64,000 nt of DNA from Candidatus Latescibacterota bacterium (GTDB lineage: Bacteria > Latescibacterota > UBA2968 > UBA8231), in NCBI GenBank assembly GCA_965261395.1, contig OZ253462.1, positions 5,632,001 to 5,696,000 on the forward strand, read 5' to 3'. The translations under genes and the position numbers were made by a program. Of the stretch, positions 1 to 10,305 are shown in pieces. Position 1 is the first letter of the stretch; each line of letters begins with the position of its first letter. The notes under the pieces were generated by a model that had not been told where the DNA came from, did no database searches, and worked only from the letters and a program-made list of their open reading frames with translations.

Positions 1-33
1 AACGGCCTGCATAGCGATAGTCTTCCGGTTCAT
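1..33 (-). CDS. 5' end of a gene running off the window (MNRKTIAMQAV...), coupled to the XRE gene; possibly an ImmA/IrrE-type peptidase (inferred from context only)
   Basis: ATG at 33 overlaps the TGA of the XRE gene (TGATG); open to the window edge. Confidence 0.5.
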   Translation of the reverse strand, partial: MNRKTIAMQAV

Positions 34-380
34 CACGTTGAGGTGTCCTCTGAAGTCTTTAAAGCTCGAATGAGTTGTAATAGGCGATCAAGGTCTTCAT
101 CCCTCAGCTTGCTTAACTCGCGAGCCGCAAGCTTTGCTCTATCGCTAGTAGGATCTGACTCATCCTCTCCAGTGATCCAGGGTACGTTTACACCGTAAAG
201 GTCGGAGAATGCCGATAGTTCCTCGGCCGCTACCTTTCGACGGCCTGCTTCAATCTCGGACACTGTCGGCCTGTGCCATCCTAGGTGTTTGGCAACCTGA
301 CCCTGAGTGAGCCCGGCCATCTCCCTTGCCAGTCGTAGGCGCGAAGCGATGGTTTGACGGAGTAACTCCTGCTTGTTCAT
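33..380 (-). CDS. XRE-family helix-turn-helix transcriptional regulator
   Basis: RLRLAREMAGLTQGQVAKHLGWHRPTVSEIEAGRR is a typical HTH_3 pattern. Confidence 0.9.
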   Translation of the reverse strand: MNKQELLRQTIASRLRLAREMAGLTQGQVAKHLGWHRPTVSEIEAGRRKVAAEELSAFSDLYGVNVPWITGEDESDPTSDRAKLAARELSKLRDEDLDRLLQLIRALKTSEDTST

Positions 381-664
381 ATGACGCTAGCCTCCACATC
401 CATGATGCTGCATAAGTTGTCTGCGATCTCACTGACTGAGAGATTTCGGTGCCCTTCTTCGGGTAGGAAGACACTGTCAGGTAGGTCTACGCCTAGAGAC
501 TCAGATAGGATGACCGTAGCTTCGACGCTGCTTAAGCTGTCAAAGCCCTCGACATTTGCGAAAGGGCACGTGTTGGGGCTAATCTCGGCGACCGTCCTCC
601 CGCTGGTCTCTTGGACCTGCCTAATTGAGTCGGCGACCTTGTCCATAACCTCATTTTTATCCAT
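377..664 (-). CDS. Acyl-carrier-protein-like small acidic protein
   Basis: ~95 aa, acidic, GFDSL phosphopantetheine-site-like motif followed by VEATVILSESLGVDLPD; ATG at 664 lies downstream of a promoter; 4-bp overlap with the XRE gene. Confidence 0.7.
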   Translation of the reverse strand: MDKNEVMDKVADSIRQVQETSGRTVAEISPNTCPFANVEGFDSLSSVEATVILSESLGVDLPDSVFLPEEGHRNLSVSEIADNLCSIMDVEASVI

Positions 665-695
665 ATGCTTCTTCCCTTTTACATGTGGTAAGAAA

Positions 696-724
696 ATATT
701 ACCAATCAAAGCATTGTTTGTCAA
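696..724 (-). promoter_or_regulatory. sigma70-type promoter of the ACP-XRE operon
   Basis: Minus strand TTGACA-17 nt-TAATAT. Confidence 0.7.
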
Positions 725-1035
725 GTCTCACATGCGGGATGTCGCCGTGCACGGTTTTTCGTCTGATTTTGGAAGCCGACGCCCATTGCAGAAAATAGGC
801 CCATCACCGCGGCCGACGGCGGCCCTCTGGCATGTCCGCTAGCAGGCCGAATGAGATCAGTCTGACTAACAGCCGAATAGTTGGCTGCCCAGCCCGTTTA
901 AGCCGCATTCATGGCTTGCCTCTCGCGTCGAGGTTGAAAGTTCCTTAAGACGGCAATACATTCTTGTGCTGTTTAACTCAGGAGTAGGGCGAGCGGCGGA
1001 TTGCCGGACCACTAGCGGAGAAAGGAGCCTACATA

Positions 1036-1971
1036 ATGCGCGTGCTGATTACCGGTGGCGCGGGTTTCTTAGGGTCGCATCTGAGCGACCTACTGCTGGA
1101 AAAAGGCTGCGAAATCATCTGCATGGACAACCTCCTTACGGGTCGGCCCGAGAACATCGCCCACCTGCTCGGCCATCCGCGGTTCCAGTTTGTTCAACAC
1201 GATGCCACCAACTACATCCACGTAGATGGTCCGCTCGACTTCATCCTGCACCTCGCCAGCCCGGCTAGCCCGGCCGACTTCGAGAAGTTGGGCATCAAAA
1301 TCCTCAAAGTTGGCTCGTTAGGCACGCACAAGACCTTGGGGTTGGCTGTGGCCAAGCAGGCCAAGTTCCTACTGGCCTCCACTTCGGAAGTCTATGGCGA
1401 CCCTTTGGTGCATCCCCAGTCCGAGGAGTACCTCGGCAACGTCAACCCCATTGGCATCCGCGGCGTGTACGACGAGGCCAAGCGCTTTGCCGAGGCCATG
1501 ACCATGGCGTACCACCGCCTGCACGGCACGGACGTGCGCATTGCGCGCATATTCAATACGTATGGCGAACGCATGCGCCAAGACGACGGTCGGGCCGTGC
1601 CCAACTTCATCATCCAAGCCCTCAAGGGCGACGATCTGACCGTCTATGGCGACGGCCAGCAAACGCGCAGCATCTGCCATTACAGCGACCTGATCGCCGG
1701 CCTCTACAAGCTCATGCTGTCCGACGTGACCACCCCGGTCAACCTCGGCAACCCCAGTGAAATCACCATGCTAGACTTGGCCCACAAGATCATCGCCATG
1801 ACTGGGTCCAAGAGCCGCATCGCCTTCCGCGATCTGCCCCAGGACGACCCCCGGGTCCGCCTGCCCGACATTGCCAAGGCCCGCTCCCTGCTCGGCTGGA
1901 CGCCCTGCGTGGGGCCGGACGAAGGGTTGGGCCGGACGATTGCATGGTTCAAACGAGAATTGGAGAAATAG
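1036..1971 (+). CDS. UDP-glucuronate decarboxylase-like NAD-dependent epimerase/dehydratase (SDR)
   Basis: [29 protein letters not shown] motifs; AGGAG RBS. Confidence 0.9.
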   Translation: MRVLITGGAGFLGSHLSDLLLEKGCEIICMDNLLTGRPENIAHLLGHPRFQFVQHDATNYIHVDGPLDFILHLASPASPADFEKLGIKILKVGSLGTHKTLGLAVAKQAKFLLASTSEVYGDPLVHPQSEEYLGNVNPIGIRGVYDEAKRFAEAMTMAYHRLHGTDVRIARIFNTYGERMRQDDGRAVPNFIIQALKGDDLTVYGDGQQTRSICHYSDLIAGLYKLMLSDVTTPVNLGNPSEITMLDLAHKIIAMTGSKSRIAFRDLPQDDPRVRLPDIAKARSLLGWTPCVGPDEGLGRTIAWFKRELEK

Positions 1972-1973
1972 CT

Positions 1974-2840
1974 ATGTGTGCCTTTGATCTGCGAGAAAAC
2001 GCCCTCGGCGTTGAAATCCACGCGGCCAACCGGCTGCTCGCCCTGTATCGCACCACCGAGGAACTGCCCCGCAGCGAATCCCCCAAGCCCTGCTTCGCGC
2101 CCTTGTACACGCTTTCCGGTCAGCTCGTCACCGAGTACCGTCCACCCGACCACGCTTGGCACACCGGGCTGTACTTCGGCTGGGTCCACGTCAACGATGC
2201 GAACTTGTGGGGCGGGCCTTGGTATTTGCCGGAAAAAAAGAAATACGAACACGTCGCCGACAGCCACGGCGTGCAACGGCACGATCGCTTCACGGCTTTG
2301 GGCGCGGACTATGTGGCTGAGTCGCTTTCTTGGCTCGATGGCCGCGATCAGCTCATGGCGCTGGAGTCGCGCTCTTTTGGCTTTTATAGCACTGAGGGCG
2401 GCTACTGCTTGCGGGTCTCCACGCGCATTGAGCCAGCCGGCGACCGGCTGGTGATGGGGGCCTCGCGGGCGGCGCGCTACTCGGGGTTGGAACTGCGCAT
2501 GGGGCCTCCCTTTGCCGAGGCCGCCCACTATTGCAGCGAGGGACGCCACGGCCACGCGGATATCATGGGGCAGCACGCCCGTTGGGTGGGGGCGCGCGGG
2601 AAAAGCGGCGGCTTCGTCGCGCTCATGGATCACCCGGCCAACCCGCGCCACCCGGTCTCTTGGTTTACCCGCGCCAACTTGCTGGGCACGGGCCTGCTGA
2701 TGGGAGGCGACTTAGAGCTAGCCGCCGGCGAGTGTTTGGAACTGCACTATGCCTTCTTCGTCTTAGACCAAGACCCCGGCCCCGCACAGCTAGAAGCCCT
2801 GTACGCGGACTTTGCTGCTTCTCCTGGAGAATTGCCATGA
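1974..2840 (+). CDS. DUF6807/PmoA-like family protein
   Basis: KPCFAPLYT..G..VT...P.DH.WH.GLYFG and DHP.NPRHP..WF.R motifs. Confidence 0.65.
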   Translation: MCAFDLRENALGVEIHAANRLLALYRTTEELPRSESPKPCFAPLYTLSGQLVTEYRPPDHAWHTGLYFGWVHVNDANLWGGPWYLPEKKKYEHVADSHGVQRHDRFTALGADYVAESLSWLDGRDQLMALESRSFGFYSTEGGYCLRVSTRIEPAGDRLVMGASRAARYSGLELRMGPPFAEAAHYCSEGRHGHADIMGQHARWVGARGKSGGFVALMDHPANPRHPVSWFTRANLLGTGLLMGGDLELAAGECLELHYAFFVLDQDPGPAQLEALYADFAASPGELP

Positions 2841-4252
2841 GGCCGTTGTGCCTCCCGGTGCTGTTCCTGCTTGCCTGTGCTTCCACCCCTAAAGTCGAAT
2901 ATCCGGCCCTCGACTTGGCCCAGCCAGACCAATGGACGGCTGGGGCTGCAGAGGATCCAGTCGCCGACCACTGGTGGCGCGATATGGGGGCCGCGCGCCT
3001 CGACAGCATCGTGGCGTTGGCCTTGGAGCACAATTACGACCTCAAGGCCGCCGGTGCGCGTCTGGCTCAAGCCCAGGCCCAAGCCCGGGTGGCTGGCGCG
3101 CCGCTGGTGCCCCAACTCAGTGCCACCGGCACCGGCTCACGGCGGAAACAGAACTTCGTTGGCTTCCCGATCCCCGGCCAGGAGGGACAGGTTCTGACCT
3201 CCACCTCCACCTCATTCGGCGTCAACCTCAATGCGAACTGGGAGGTCGATCTCTGGGGTCGCCTGCGCGCCGGTGCCCAAGCCGCGCTCGCCGACGCTGC
3301 AGCCGCAGCCGCTGATTTTCGCGCCGCTCGCCTCTCCTTGGCAGCGCAGACGGCGCGGGCCTATTTCGCCGCGGTCGAAGCGGAGCACCAAGTTGAGCTG
3401 GCACACGCGACGGTTGAAAACTACCGGCTCTCCGCCGAGCAGATAGAGGATCGCTATCGCCGCGGCTTGCGCTCCTCGCTCGATGTGCGCTTGGGCCGGT
3501 CGAGCTTGGCCGCGGCCGAAGCGACCCTCGCCCAACGCCGCCAGCAAAGGGATGCCGTGTTGCGCCAGCTCGAATTGCTCTTGGGCCGCTACCCCAGCGC
3601 CCGGATTGAGGTCGAGGACGAGCTGCCCGCCATCGGCGGCCCGGTTCCAGCCGGCCTGCCCGCCGATTTGGTAGGCCGCCGCCCCGACTTGGTGGCGGCC
3701 GAGCGCCGGCTGGCGGCGGCCGACCGTCGCCTTGCCCAGTCCCAGCGCGCTCTCTTGCCCAGCATTAGTCTCACCGGCTCTGCCGGCCGCTCATCGAGCG
3801 CACTGAGCGACCTGCTCAACGGCGATTTTTCGGTCTGGAATCTCGTGGGCAATATCGCGCAGCCCCTGCTGCAAGGTGGGCGTCTGCGCGCTGGCGTCGA
3901 TCAGGCCGCTTCCGCGGCCGAGCAAGCTCTCTTTGCCTACGCACAGAGCGCACTTAGGGCCTATGGCGAGGTGGAGGCGGCACTGCACGCTGAAGGCTTC
4001 CTCGCCGATCAAGAACGCGCACTAGCCACGGCCGCGGAAGAAGCCGTAGCAGCGCGCGCCTTAGCCGAAGATCGCTATGCCAGAGGGCTTGCCGATCTCA
4101 TCGCCCTGCTAGAGTCTCAGCGCCGGGCCTTTGACGCCGAGAGCCGCCTGCTCGCCGTCCGTCGCCAGCGTCTCGATACCCGCATCGACTTGCACCTAGC
4201 CCTGGGCGGCGGCTTTACCCTTGCCTCTCAGTACGCGGAGATTCAGCGATGA
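2837..4252 (+). CDS. RND efflux outer-membrane lipoprotein (NodT/TolC family)
   Basis: Lipobox LLAC, WW, NYDL, WEVDLWGRLR, RRPDL..AERRL; ATGA overlap with the upstream gene. Confidence 0.9.
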   Translation: MRPLCLPVLFLLACASTPKVEYPALDLAQPDQWTAGAAEDPVADHWWRDMGAARLDSIVALALEHNYDLKAAGARLAQAQAQARVAGAPLVPQLSATGTGSRRKQNFVGFPIPGQEGQVLTSTSTSFGVNLNANWEVDLWGRLRAGAQAALADAAAAAADFRAARLSLAAQTARAYFAAVEAEHQVELAHATVENYRLSAEQIEDRYRRGLRSSLDVRLGRSSLAAAEATLAQRRQQRDAVLRQLELLLGRYPSARIEVEDELPAIGGPVPAGLPADLVGRRPDLVAAERRLAAADRRLAQSQRALLPSISLTGSAGRSSSALSDLLNGDFSVWNLVGNIAQPLLQGGRLRAGVDQAASAAEQALFAYAQSALRAYGEVEAALHAEGFLADQERALATAAEEAVAARALAEDRYARGLADLIALLESQRRAFDAESRLLAVRRQRLDTRIDLHLALGGGFTLASQYAEIQR

Positions 4253-5499
4253 TGCGCGTCTTCAAAATAGTTTTGCCCGTCCTCATCCTCGCCCTCGGCT
4301 TTGGGGCCTTCCAACTGCTGGCCTCAATGCGCGAGCCGCCCCAGCGCGTCTCCCGCTCCTATGCCGGCCCGCTCGTCGAAGCCATCGCTGCCCTGCCCCA
4401 ACAGGTCCAGGTCGTAGTTGAGGGACAGGGCACGGTGCGTCCCGACGCTCAGATTGACCTCGTGCCGCAGGTCTCGGGTATTGTGGTGTGGAAGGACTCA
4501 GACTTCAAACCCGGCGGGACCTTCGCCAAGGGCGCGCTGCTTTTTCGGATTGACCCCCGCGACTACGAGCTCGCCGTCCAACAGGCCGCGGTCCAAGTGG
4601 CGCAGGCGCACTATCAACTCGACTTGGCCCGCGAGGAAGCCGCCATCGCCGAGCAGGAATGGGAAAAGCTCCACGCCGCAGACCAAGCTCCCACCGACTT
4701 GGTGTTGCGCAAACCCCAGCTACGCGCCGCCGAGGCCGGCCTCCAAGGAGCTGAAGCACGCCTCGCCGAAGCGCAGTTGCACCTGGACCGCACCAAGGTG
4801 TACGCTCCGTTTGTCGGCCGGGTGCGCACCGCCCGCGTCGATGTCGGCCAGCACCTCAACGTCGGCCAAGCCATCGCCCAGCTATACAGTATCGAAAAGG
4901 CCGAGATCGTCGTCCCCGTCCCCGACGAAGACCTCGGGTGGTTCACTCTGCCGCTGCCCATTGCCGTCTCCGCAGCTAGCACACCTAACACCGGGTCCGT
5001 TTCCGATCTCAGCGCCGAGGGCCGTTCCCGCGCCTTTGCCTTTAGCCGCGAGGGAGCCAGCGCCGAGGTCAGCGGGACCTTTGCCGGTCGCCAGCACCAG
5101 TGGAGCGGACGCGTAGTCCGCACCGAGGGCGAACTCGACCCGCAAAGCCGCATGGTCCGCTTAGTCGTCGAGGTCGAAGCGCCCTACGGCGGTATTGCCG
5201 ATGGCATCCCGCCGCTGACGGTGGGGATGTTCGTCGGTGTGGCCATTGCCGGTCGCACCGTCGATGGCGTTCGCGTCTTGCCCCGTGTCGCGCTGCGCCA
5301 GGGCGACCGCGTGTGGACCGTGGGCCGCGACGGCGTTCTCAGCATCCGCCCAGTACAAGTGGTGCGCGCACTCAAGGATGAGGTACTCGCTTATATCGAC
5401 ATGGCCCCCGAAGAGCGGATCATTGTCTCTCAGCTCAGCGGCGTTACCGACGGTATGCAGGTGCGCCTCGCGGACGGGAGCTTAGGAGGTCAGCCGTGA
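4249..5499 (+). CDS. RND efflux periplasmic adaptor (membrane fusion protein)
   Basis: N-terminal anchor, PQVSG, IDPRDYEL, APF.GRV; lies between the outer-membrane factor and the permease. Confidence 0.9.
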   Translation: MMRVFKIVLPVLILALGFGAFQLLASMREPPQRVSRSYAGPLVEAIAALPQQVQVVVEGQGTVRPDAQIDLVPQVSGIVVWKDSDFKPGGTFAKGALLFRIDPRDYELAVQQAAVQVAQAHYQLDLAREEAAIAEQEWEKLHAADQAPTDLVLRKPQLRAAEAGLQGAEARLAEAQLHLDRTKVYAPFVGRVRTARVDVGQHLNVGQAIAQLYSIEKAEIVVPVPDEDLGWFTLPLPIAVSAASTPNTGSVSDLSAEGRSRAFAFSREGASAEVSGTFAGRQHQWSGRVVRTEGELDPQSRMVRLVVEVEAPYGGIADGIPPLTVGMFVGVAIAGRTVDGVRVLPRVALRQGDRVWTVGRDGVLSIRPVQVVRALKDEVLAYIDMAPEERIIVSQLSGVTDGMQVRLADGSLGGQP

Positions 5500-8400
5500 A
5501 AGCACCCGTATCTTGGATGGCGAAAAACCACGTCGCCGCCAATCTGCTGATGGGTTTCATCCTGTTGAGCGGCCTGGTTGCCATGATGCAGACCAAGAAA
5601 GAGACCTTCCCCGAGATGTCGCTCGATCAGGTGCAAATCCAGGTACCCTATCTGGGCGCGACCCCGGCCGAGGTTGAGGAGGCCGTCTGCAAGCGCATCG
5701 AGGAGCGGGTGCGCGGCCTAGAGGGGGTGCGCCGCGTGCGCTCCACAGCCTCTGAGGGCATGGGCGCAGTCAGCATCGAGCTAGAGCGCGGTGCCGATAT
5801 GGACAAACTCCTCGACGACATCAAAAACGAAATCGACCGCATCGACACCTTCCCGGCCGAGATCGAAGAGCCGGTCATCAAGGAGCTGACTCGCCGCAAT
5901 CAAGCGATCGACGTGGTGCTCTATGGCGACGTGGAGGAGAAGGCCCTCAAAGTCGCCGCCGAACTAGTGCGCGACGATCTGCGCACTAGCGGCGTTATTT
6001 CGCAGGTCGAGCTCAAGGGCGTGCGCGTCGACGAGATTGCCATCGAAGTCCCCGAAGAGGCCCTGCGCCGCTACGGCCTGACCTTCGCGCAGGTCGCCGA
6101 CGCGGTCCGTCGCACGAGCATCGACCTGCCCGCCGGCAGCGTCGAGAGCGAGGACGGCGCGATCTTGCTCCGCACGCAGGGGCTGATGCGCGCCGGCCGC
6201 GAATACGAAGAGGTCGTCGTCCTCACTCGCCCCGACGGCACCGCCCTCAAGCTCAAAGACGTGGCCACAGTCGTCGATGGCTTTGAGGATACCGATCTCA
6301 TCTCGCGCTTCAACGGCCAGCCGGCGGCCGTGGTTCAGGTCTATCGCATTGGCGACCAGAACGCCCTCGACATCTCCGCCTATGTCCACCAGTACATTGA
6401 GGACAAACGCCCAACCCTGCCGGCGGGGATCCACATCGGCTACGCCCGCGACGACGCGCGCATCCTGCGCGGCCGCATAGATTTGCTGATCCGCAACGCC
6501 CGTCTCGGTCTGGTGCTGGTCTTCATCTGTCTGAGTTTCTTTCTCGACTTGCGCTTGGCCTTCTGGGTGATGATGGGCATCCCCATCAGCTTTTTGGGGG
6601 CCTTTGTGCTGATGGAGCCTTTCGACGCCTCGATCAACATGCTGTCGCTGTTCGCCTTTATCGTGGCCTTGGGTATTGTGGTTGACGATGCGATCATCGT
6701 CGGCGAAAACATCTTTTCCCACCGCGTACAGGGGAAACCCTTTGGTCGTGCTGCCATCGACGGGACGCTCGAAGTGGGCACGCCGGTCGTGTTCTCGATT
6801 ATGACCTCGATTGCGGCCTTTATGCCGCTATTTTTCGTCGAGGGCATGATGGGTAAGTTCATGTCGGTCATCCCGGTGATCGTCATCTCCGTGCTGCTGC
6901 TGTCGCTGATTGAGAGCCTGTTCATTCTGCCCGCGCACCTGTCTTCTGAAGGGAACGGGCCACTCAGTCGCCTCTTTCGCCGGCTCTTCATGCGCCCGCT
7001 CGATTGGCACGCCCGGGTCGTGGTCCTCTTTGACCGCGGCCTCAAATACGTGATCCGCCACGCCTATCAACCCACGCTGCGCTTGGCCCTGGCCCATCCG
7101 ATCTCCACTACCGCCCTAGCTTTATCACTGATGCTGTGTACCGCCGGGCTGGTCACCGGTGGCCATATCAAGTTCGTGTTCATGCCCGAGATCGGCTCCG
7201 ATTGGGTGACGATATCAATCAACATGCCCCAGGGCACCACAGCGACCCAGACCGCCAAGGTCGTGCGACACATCGAAGAAAAGGCCATTGTCCTGCGCGA
7301 TCAGATCGACGCCGAGCGCGAGGGCGGGGATTCAATCTACCGCAATGTTTTTACCTACATCGGCGACCAACCTATGGCCCGGCGTTCCTCCTTTTCGGCT
7401 ACCCCGGGTGCCAGCGGCCAAGGGCACCTCGCCGAAGTTACCATCGAACTGCAACCTTCTGAGGAGCGCGAGCTCGACAGCGCTGAGATCGAGTCGCGGC
7501 TGCGCCAACGGGTCGGCGAGGTGCCCGGCCCCGAATCCATCATTTATTCTTCCTCGCTGTTTTCCGCCGGCAATCCCATCGAGGTCGAGCTAGCCTCGGC
7601 CAACTTCGACCAGCTCTTGTTGGCCGTCGAACGCCTCAAGGGCAAAATCGCCGAGTACGCCGGCACCGGCGATATCCAAGACAGTTTCCAAGAGGGCAAG
7701 CTGGAGATGAAACTCCAGCTCAAGCCCCAAGCTCGCACTCTCGGCCTCACGCTCGCCGATCTGGCCCGCCAAGTGCGCCAGGGCTTTTACGGCGACCAAG
7801 TGCTGAGATTCCAGCGCGGCTCGGACGATGTGCGGGTGATGGTGCGCTACCCCAAAGACGAGCGCCGGAACTTAGGCGATGTGCGCTCGATGCGGGTCCG
7901 CACGCCAGCGGGTGCCGAGGTGCCCTTTGCCGAGGTGGCCACTGTCACTATCGGCCACGCCTATGCCTCCATCCAGCGCACCGATGGCCAGCGCGTCGTC
8001 CGAGTGAGTGCCTCCGTCGATGACCAGGTTGCCAACGCCGACGAAATCAACCGCGATCTCGAAGCGTTTTTCCTACCCATGCTGGTCCAGGACTATCCCG
8101 GTCTGCGCTACAGCTTTGGCGGCGAGCAGAAGGAGCGGGATGATTCGCTACAGAGCCTGATCTTCAACTTTATCATCGCACTTGCCGCCATCTACGTGTT
8201 GCTGGCCGTGCCATTCAGATCGTACAGCCAGCCCCTCGTCGTGATGAGCGCGATTCCCTTCGGCATCATTGGCGCGGTTTGGGGGCATCTTATCATGGGC
8301 TTGGACTTGGCGCTTTTGAGCCTCTTTGGGATCGTCGCGCTCTCGGGCGTGGTGGTCAACGATTCGCTAGTGCTGCTGACCTTCTACAACCAGATGCTGC

Positions 8401-8699
8401 GCGAGGGCTCGTCGCATGAAGAAGCCCTAGTCTCAGCCGGGGCCGCACGCTTCCGCCCCATCCTCCTCACCTCCCTGACGACCTTCTTTGGCCTACTGCC
8501 GATGATCCTCGAAAAAAGCCTCCAGGCGCAGTTTTTGATCCCAATGGCCGTCAGCCTGGGCTTTGGCATTCTCTTTGCCACCTTCATCATTTTGTTGGGC
8601 GTCCCGGTGGGAATGCGCCTGCTGGTGGGAGTACAGGGGCTTTGGGGGCGGTTGGTCGAGGATGGAACAGTGGAAGTCGCGCCGGTTACTGGATCTTGA
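5496..8699 (+). CDS. RND efflux permease (AcrB/AcrD/AcrF family)
   Basis: 1067 aa, GIVVDDAIIVGEN, GVVVNDS, RFRPILLTSLTT. Confidence 0.95.
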   Translation: MKAPVSWMAKNHVAANLLMGFILLSGLVAMMQTKKETFPEMSLDQVQIQVPYLGATPAEVEEAVCKRIEERVRGLEGVRRVRSTASEGMGAVSIELERGADMDKLLDDIKNEIDRIDTFPAEIEEPVIKELTRRNQAIDVVLYGDVEEKALKVAAELVRDDLRTSGVISQVELKGVRVDEIAIEVPEEALRRYGLTFAQVADAVRRTSIDLPAGSVESEDGAILLRTQGLMRAGREYEEVVVLTRPDGTALKLKDVATVVDGFEDTDLISRFNGQPAAVVQVYRIGDQNALDISAYVHQYIEDKRPTLPAGIHIGYARDDARILRGRIDLLIRNARLGLVLVFICLSFFLDLRLAFWVMMGIPISFLGAFVLMEPFDASINMLSLFAFIVALGIVVDDAIIVGENIFSHRVQGKPFGRAAIDGTLEVGTPVVFSIMTSIAAFMPLFFVEGMMGKFMSVIPVIVISVLLLSLIESLFILPAHLSSEGNGPLSRLFRRLFMRPLDWHARVVVLFDRGLKYVIRHAYQPTLRLALAHPISTTALALSLMLCTAGLVTGGHIKFVFMPEIGSDWVTISINMPQGTTATQTAKVVRHIEEKAIVLRDQIDAEREGGDSIYRNVFTYIGDQPMARRSSFSATPGASGQGHLAEVTIELQPSEERELDSAEIESRLRQRVGEVPGPESIIYSSSLFSAGNPIEVELASANFDQLLLAVERLKGKIAEYAGTGDIQDSFQEGKLEMKLQLKPQARTLGLTLADLARQVRQGFYGDQVLRFQRGSDDVRVMVRYPKDERRNLGDVRSMRVRTPAGAEVPFAEVATVTIGHAYASIQRTDGQRVVRVSASVDDQVANADEINRDLEAFFLPMLVQDYPGLRYSFGGEQKERDDSLQSLIFNFIIALAAIYVLLAVPFRSYSQPLVVMSAIPFGIIGAVWGHLIMGLDLALLSLFGIVALSGVVVNDSLVLLTFYNQMLREGSSHEEALVSAGAARFRPILLTSLTTFFGLLPMILEKSLQAQFLIPMAVSLGFGILFATFIILLGVPVGMRLLVGVQGLWGRLVEDGTVEVAPVTGS

Positions 8700-10288
8700 A
8701 GGGTTGGGGTCTGTTGCCGCTGTGCATGGTGGCCTGCGCGCCTGCTGACGGGCCTCCCTTCATCGACAAGGCCAGCGATTGGGGCATAGAGCAGTCCCAC
8801 GTCGGCGGCGGCGCGGAAAAGCGCTATATCGTCGAAGCCAAAGGCGGCGGGGCCGCGCTCCTCGACGCGGACGGTGACGGCGATTTGGACATCTACTGGG
8901 TCAATGGGGAGGGCGGTGGCAATGCCCTCTACCGCAACGACCGCGCCCGGGGCTTTGTCGATAGAGCGGCCGCAGCCGGTGCCTTGGGTCGCGGCTGGGG
9001 CATGGGCGCGCTGAGCGCGGACTACGATGCCGACGGCGATGCCGACCTATACATTACCTGCCTGCAAGAAAACATCCTCTATCGCAACGACGGGTTAGAG
9101 CAATTCGCCGATGCCACGGCCCGCGCCGGGCTGGCGCTGCCGGTGTGGAGTACGGGCGCGGCCATGGGCGACGCGGACTTGGACGGCGACTTGGATTTGT
9201 ACGTGGCCAATTACGCGGATTTTGATTCGGCCGCGGTGCGGCCCTTGGGCACGCAGTGGAAGGGCCGGGACGTATTCGTCGGCCCGCTGGGCTTGCCATC
9301 GTTGCCGGACGCGCTCTACCGCAACGATGGCGCTGGCACCTTTGCCGATGTAACGGCGGCCAGCGGCCTCGGTCGCCACGACCCAGGCTATGGGTTTGCC
9401 GTGCTGTTCATCGACAGCGACGACGACGGGGATTTGGATCTGTATGTCGCCAACGACTCGACGCCCAATTTCCTCTACCGCAACGATGGCGCTGGCACCT
9501 TTGCCGAAGTGGGGCTACAGGCCAATGCTGCGCTGGGGGAAACGGGTTTGGCGCAGGCCGGCATGGGCGCGGCTTGGGGCGATTACGACAACGACGGCGA
9601 CGGCGATTTGCTGGTCACCAACTTTGAAGACGACTACAACACGCTCTATCGCAACACCGGTGACGGCACCTTTGCGGATGTGAGTTTTGCCGCGGGCCTA
9701 GGCCGCGTCAGCTTGCCCTACGTGGGGTTTGGCGCGGTCTTTATCGATTTTGACAACGACGCCGACCAAGATTTGTACGTGGCCAACGGGCACGTGTATC
9801 CGCAGATCGAACGCCCAGGCAGCGGCGCGACCTACGCGCAGGCAAATCACTTGTTCGCCAATGACGCCGGCCATTTCCGCCTCGTCGAACTGGGCGAGAG
9901 TCGGGAGGTTAGTCGCGGCGCGGTGGCTGGGGATTTTGACGACGACGGCCGCGTGGATTTGTTCGTCACCAACCTCAACGGCCAGCCTTCCCTGCTGCAC
10001 AATCAGGCGGCCAATGGCCACCACTGGCTCGGCGTGCGCCTTGTGGGCGCGGGAAAAAACCGCGAGGCCATCGGCGCGAAGGTCGTATTGTGGAGCGGCG
10101 GCCAAAGGCAGCGGCGGGACGTACTTTGCGGCGAGAGCTTCTTGGGCAGCGGCGACCGGCGCGTACATTTTGGCTTGGGCGCGGCAGGCCGGGCGGATTC
10201 GCTGCACATCTATTGGCCGAGTGGAGTAATGCAACGACTGACCGATTTGCCGATTGACGCGTATATGAGCGTTGTGGAGGGGAGATAG
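8696..10288 (+). CDS. CRTAC1-like FG-GAP repeat protein with C-terminal ASPIC/UnbV domain (start uncertain)
   Basis: Repeated D.D.DGD.DLYV.N / LYRN.G.G.F.DV; C-terminal AIGAKV...VHFGLG...WPSG. Confidence 0.85.
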   Translation: MKGWGLLPLCMVACAPADGPPFIDKASDWGIEQSHVGGGAEKRYIVEAKGGGAALLDADGDGDLDIYWVNGEGGGNALYRNDRARGFVDRAAAAGALGRGWGMGALSADYDADGDADLYITCLQENILYRNDGLEQFADATARAGLALPVWSTGAAMGDADLDGDLDLYVANYADFDSAAVRPLGTQWKGRDVFVGPLGLPSLPDALYRNDGAGTFADVTAASGLGRHDPGYGFAVLFIDSDDDGDLDLYVANDSTPNFLYRNDGAGTFAEVGLQANAALGETGLAQAGMGAAWGDYDNDGDGDLLVTNFEDDYNTLYRNTGDGTFADVSFAAGLGRVSLPYVGFGAVFIDFDNDADQDLYVANGHVYPQIERPGSGATYAQANHLFANDAGHFRLVELGESREVSRGAVAGDFDDDGRVDLFVTNLNGQPSLLHNQAANGHHWLGVRLVGAGKNREAIGAKVVLWSGGQRQRRDVLCGESFLGSGDRRVHFGLGAAGRADSLHIYWPSGVMQRLTDLPIDAYMSVVEGR

Positions 10289-10292
10289 GGGC
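10147..10292 (+). repeat. Copy 1 of a 146-bp direct repeat (3' end of the CRTAC1-like gene)
   Basis: Aligns without gaps to 11122-11267 with 14 mismatches (manual count). Confidence 0.95.
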
Positions 10293-10305
10293 TAGGTTAA
10301 AAGGT

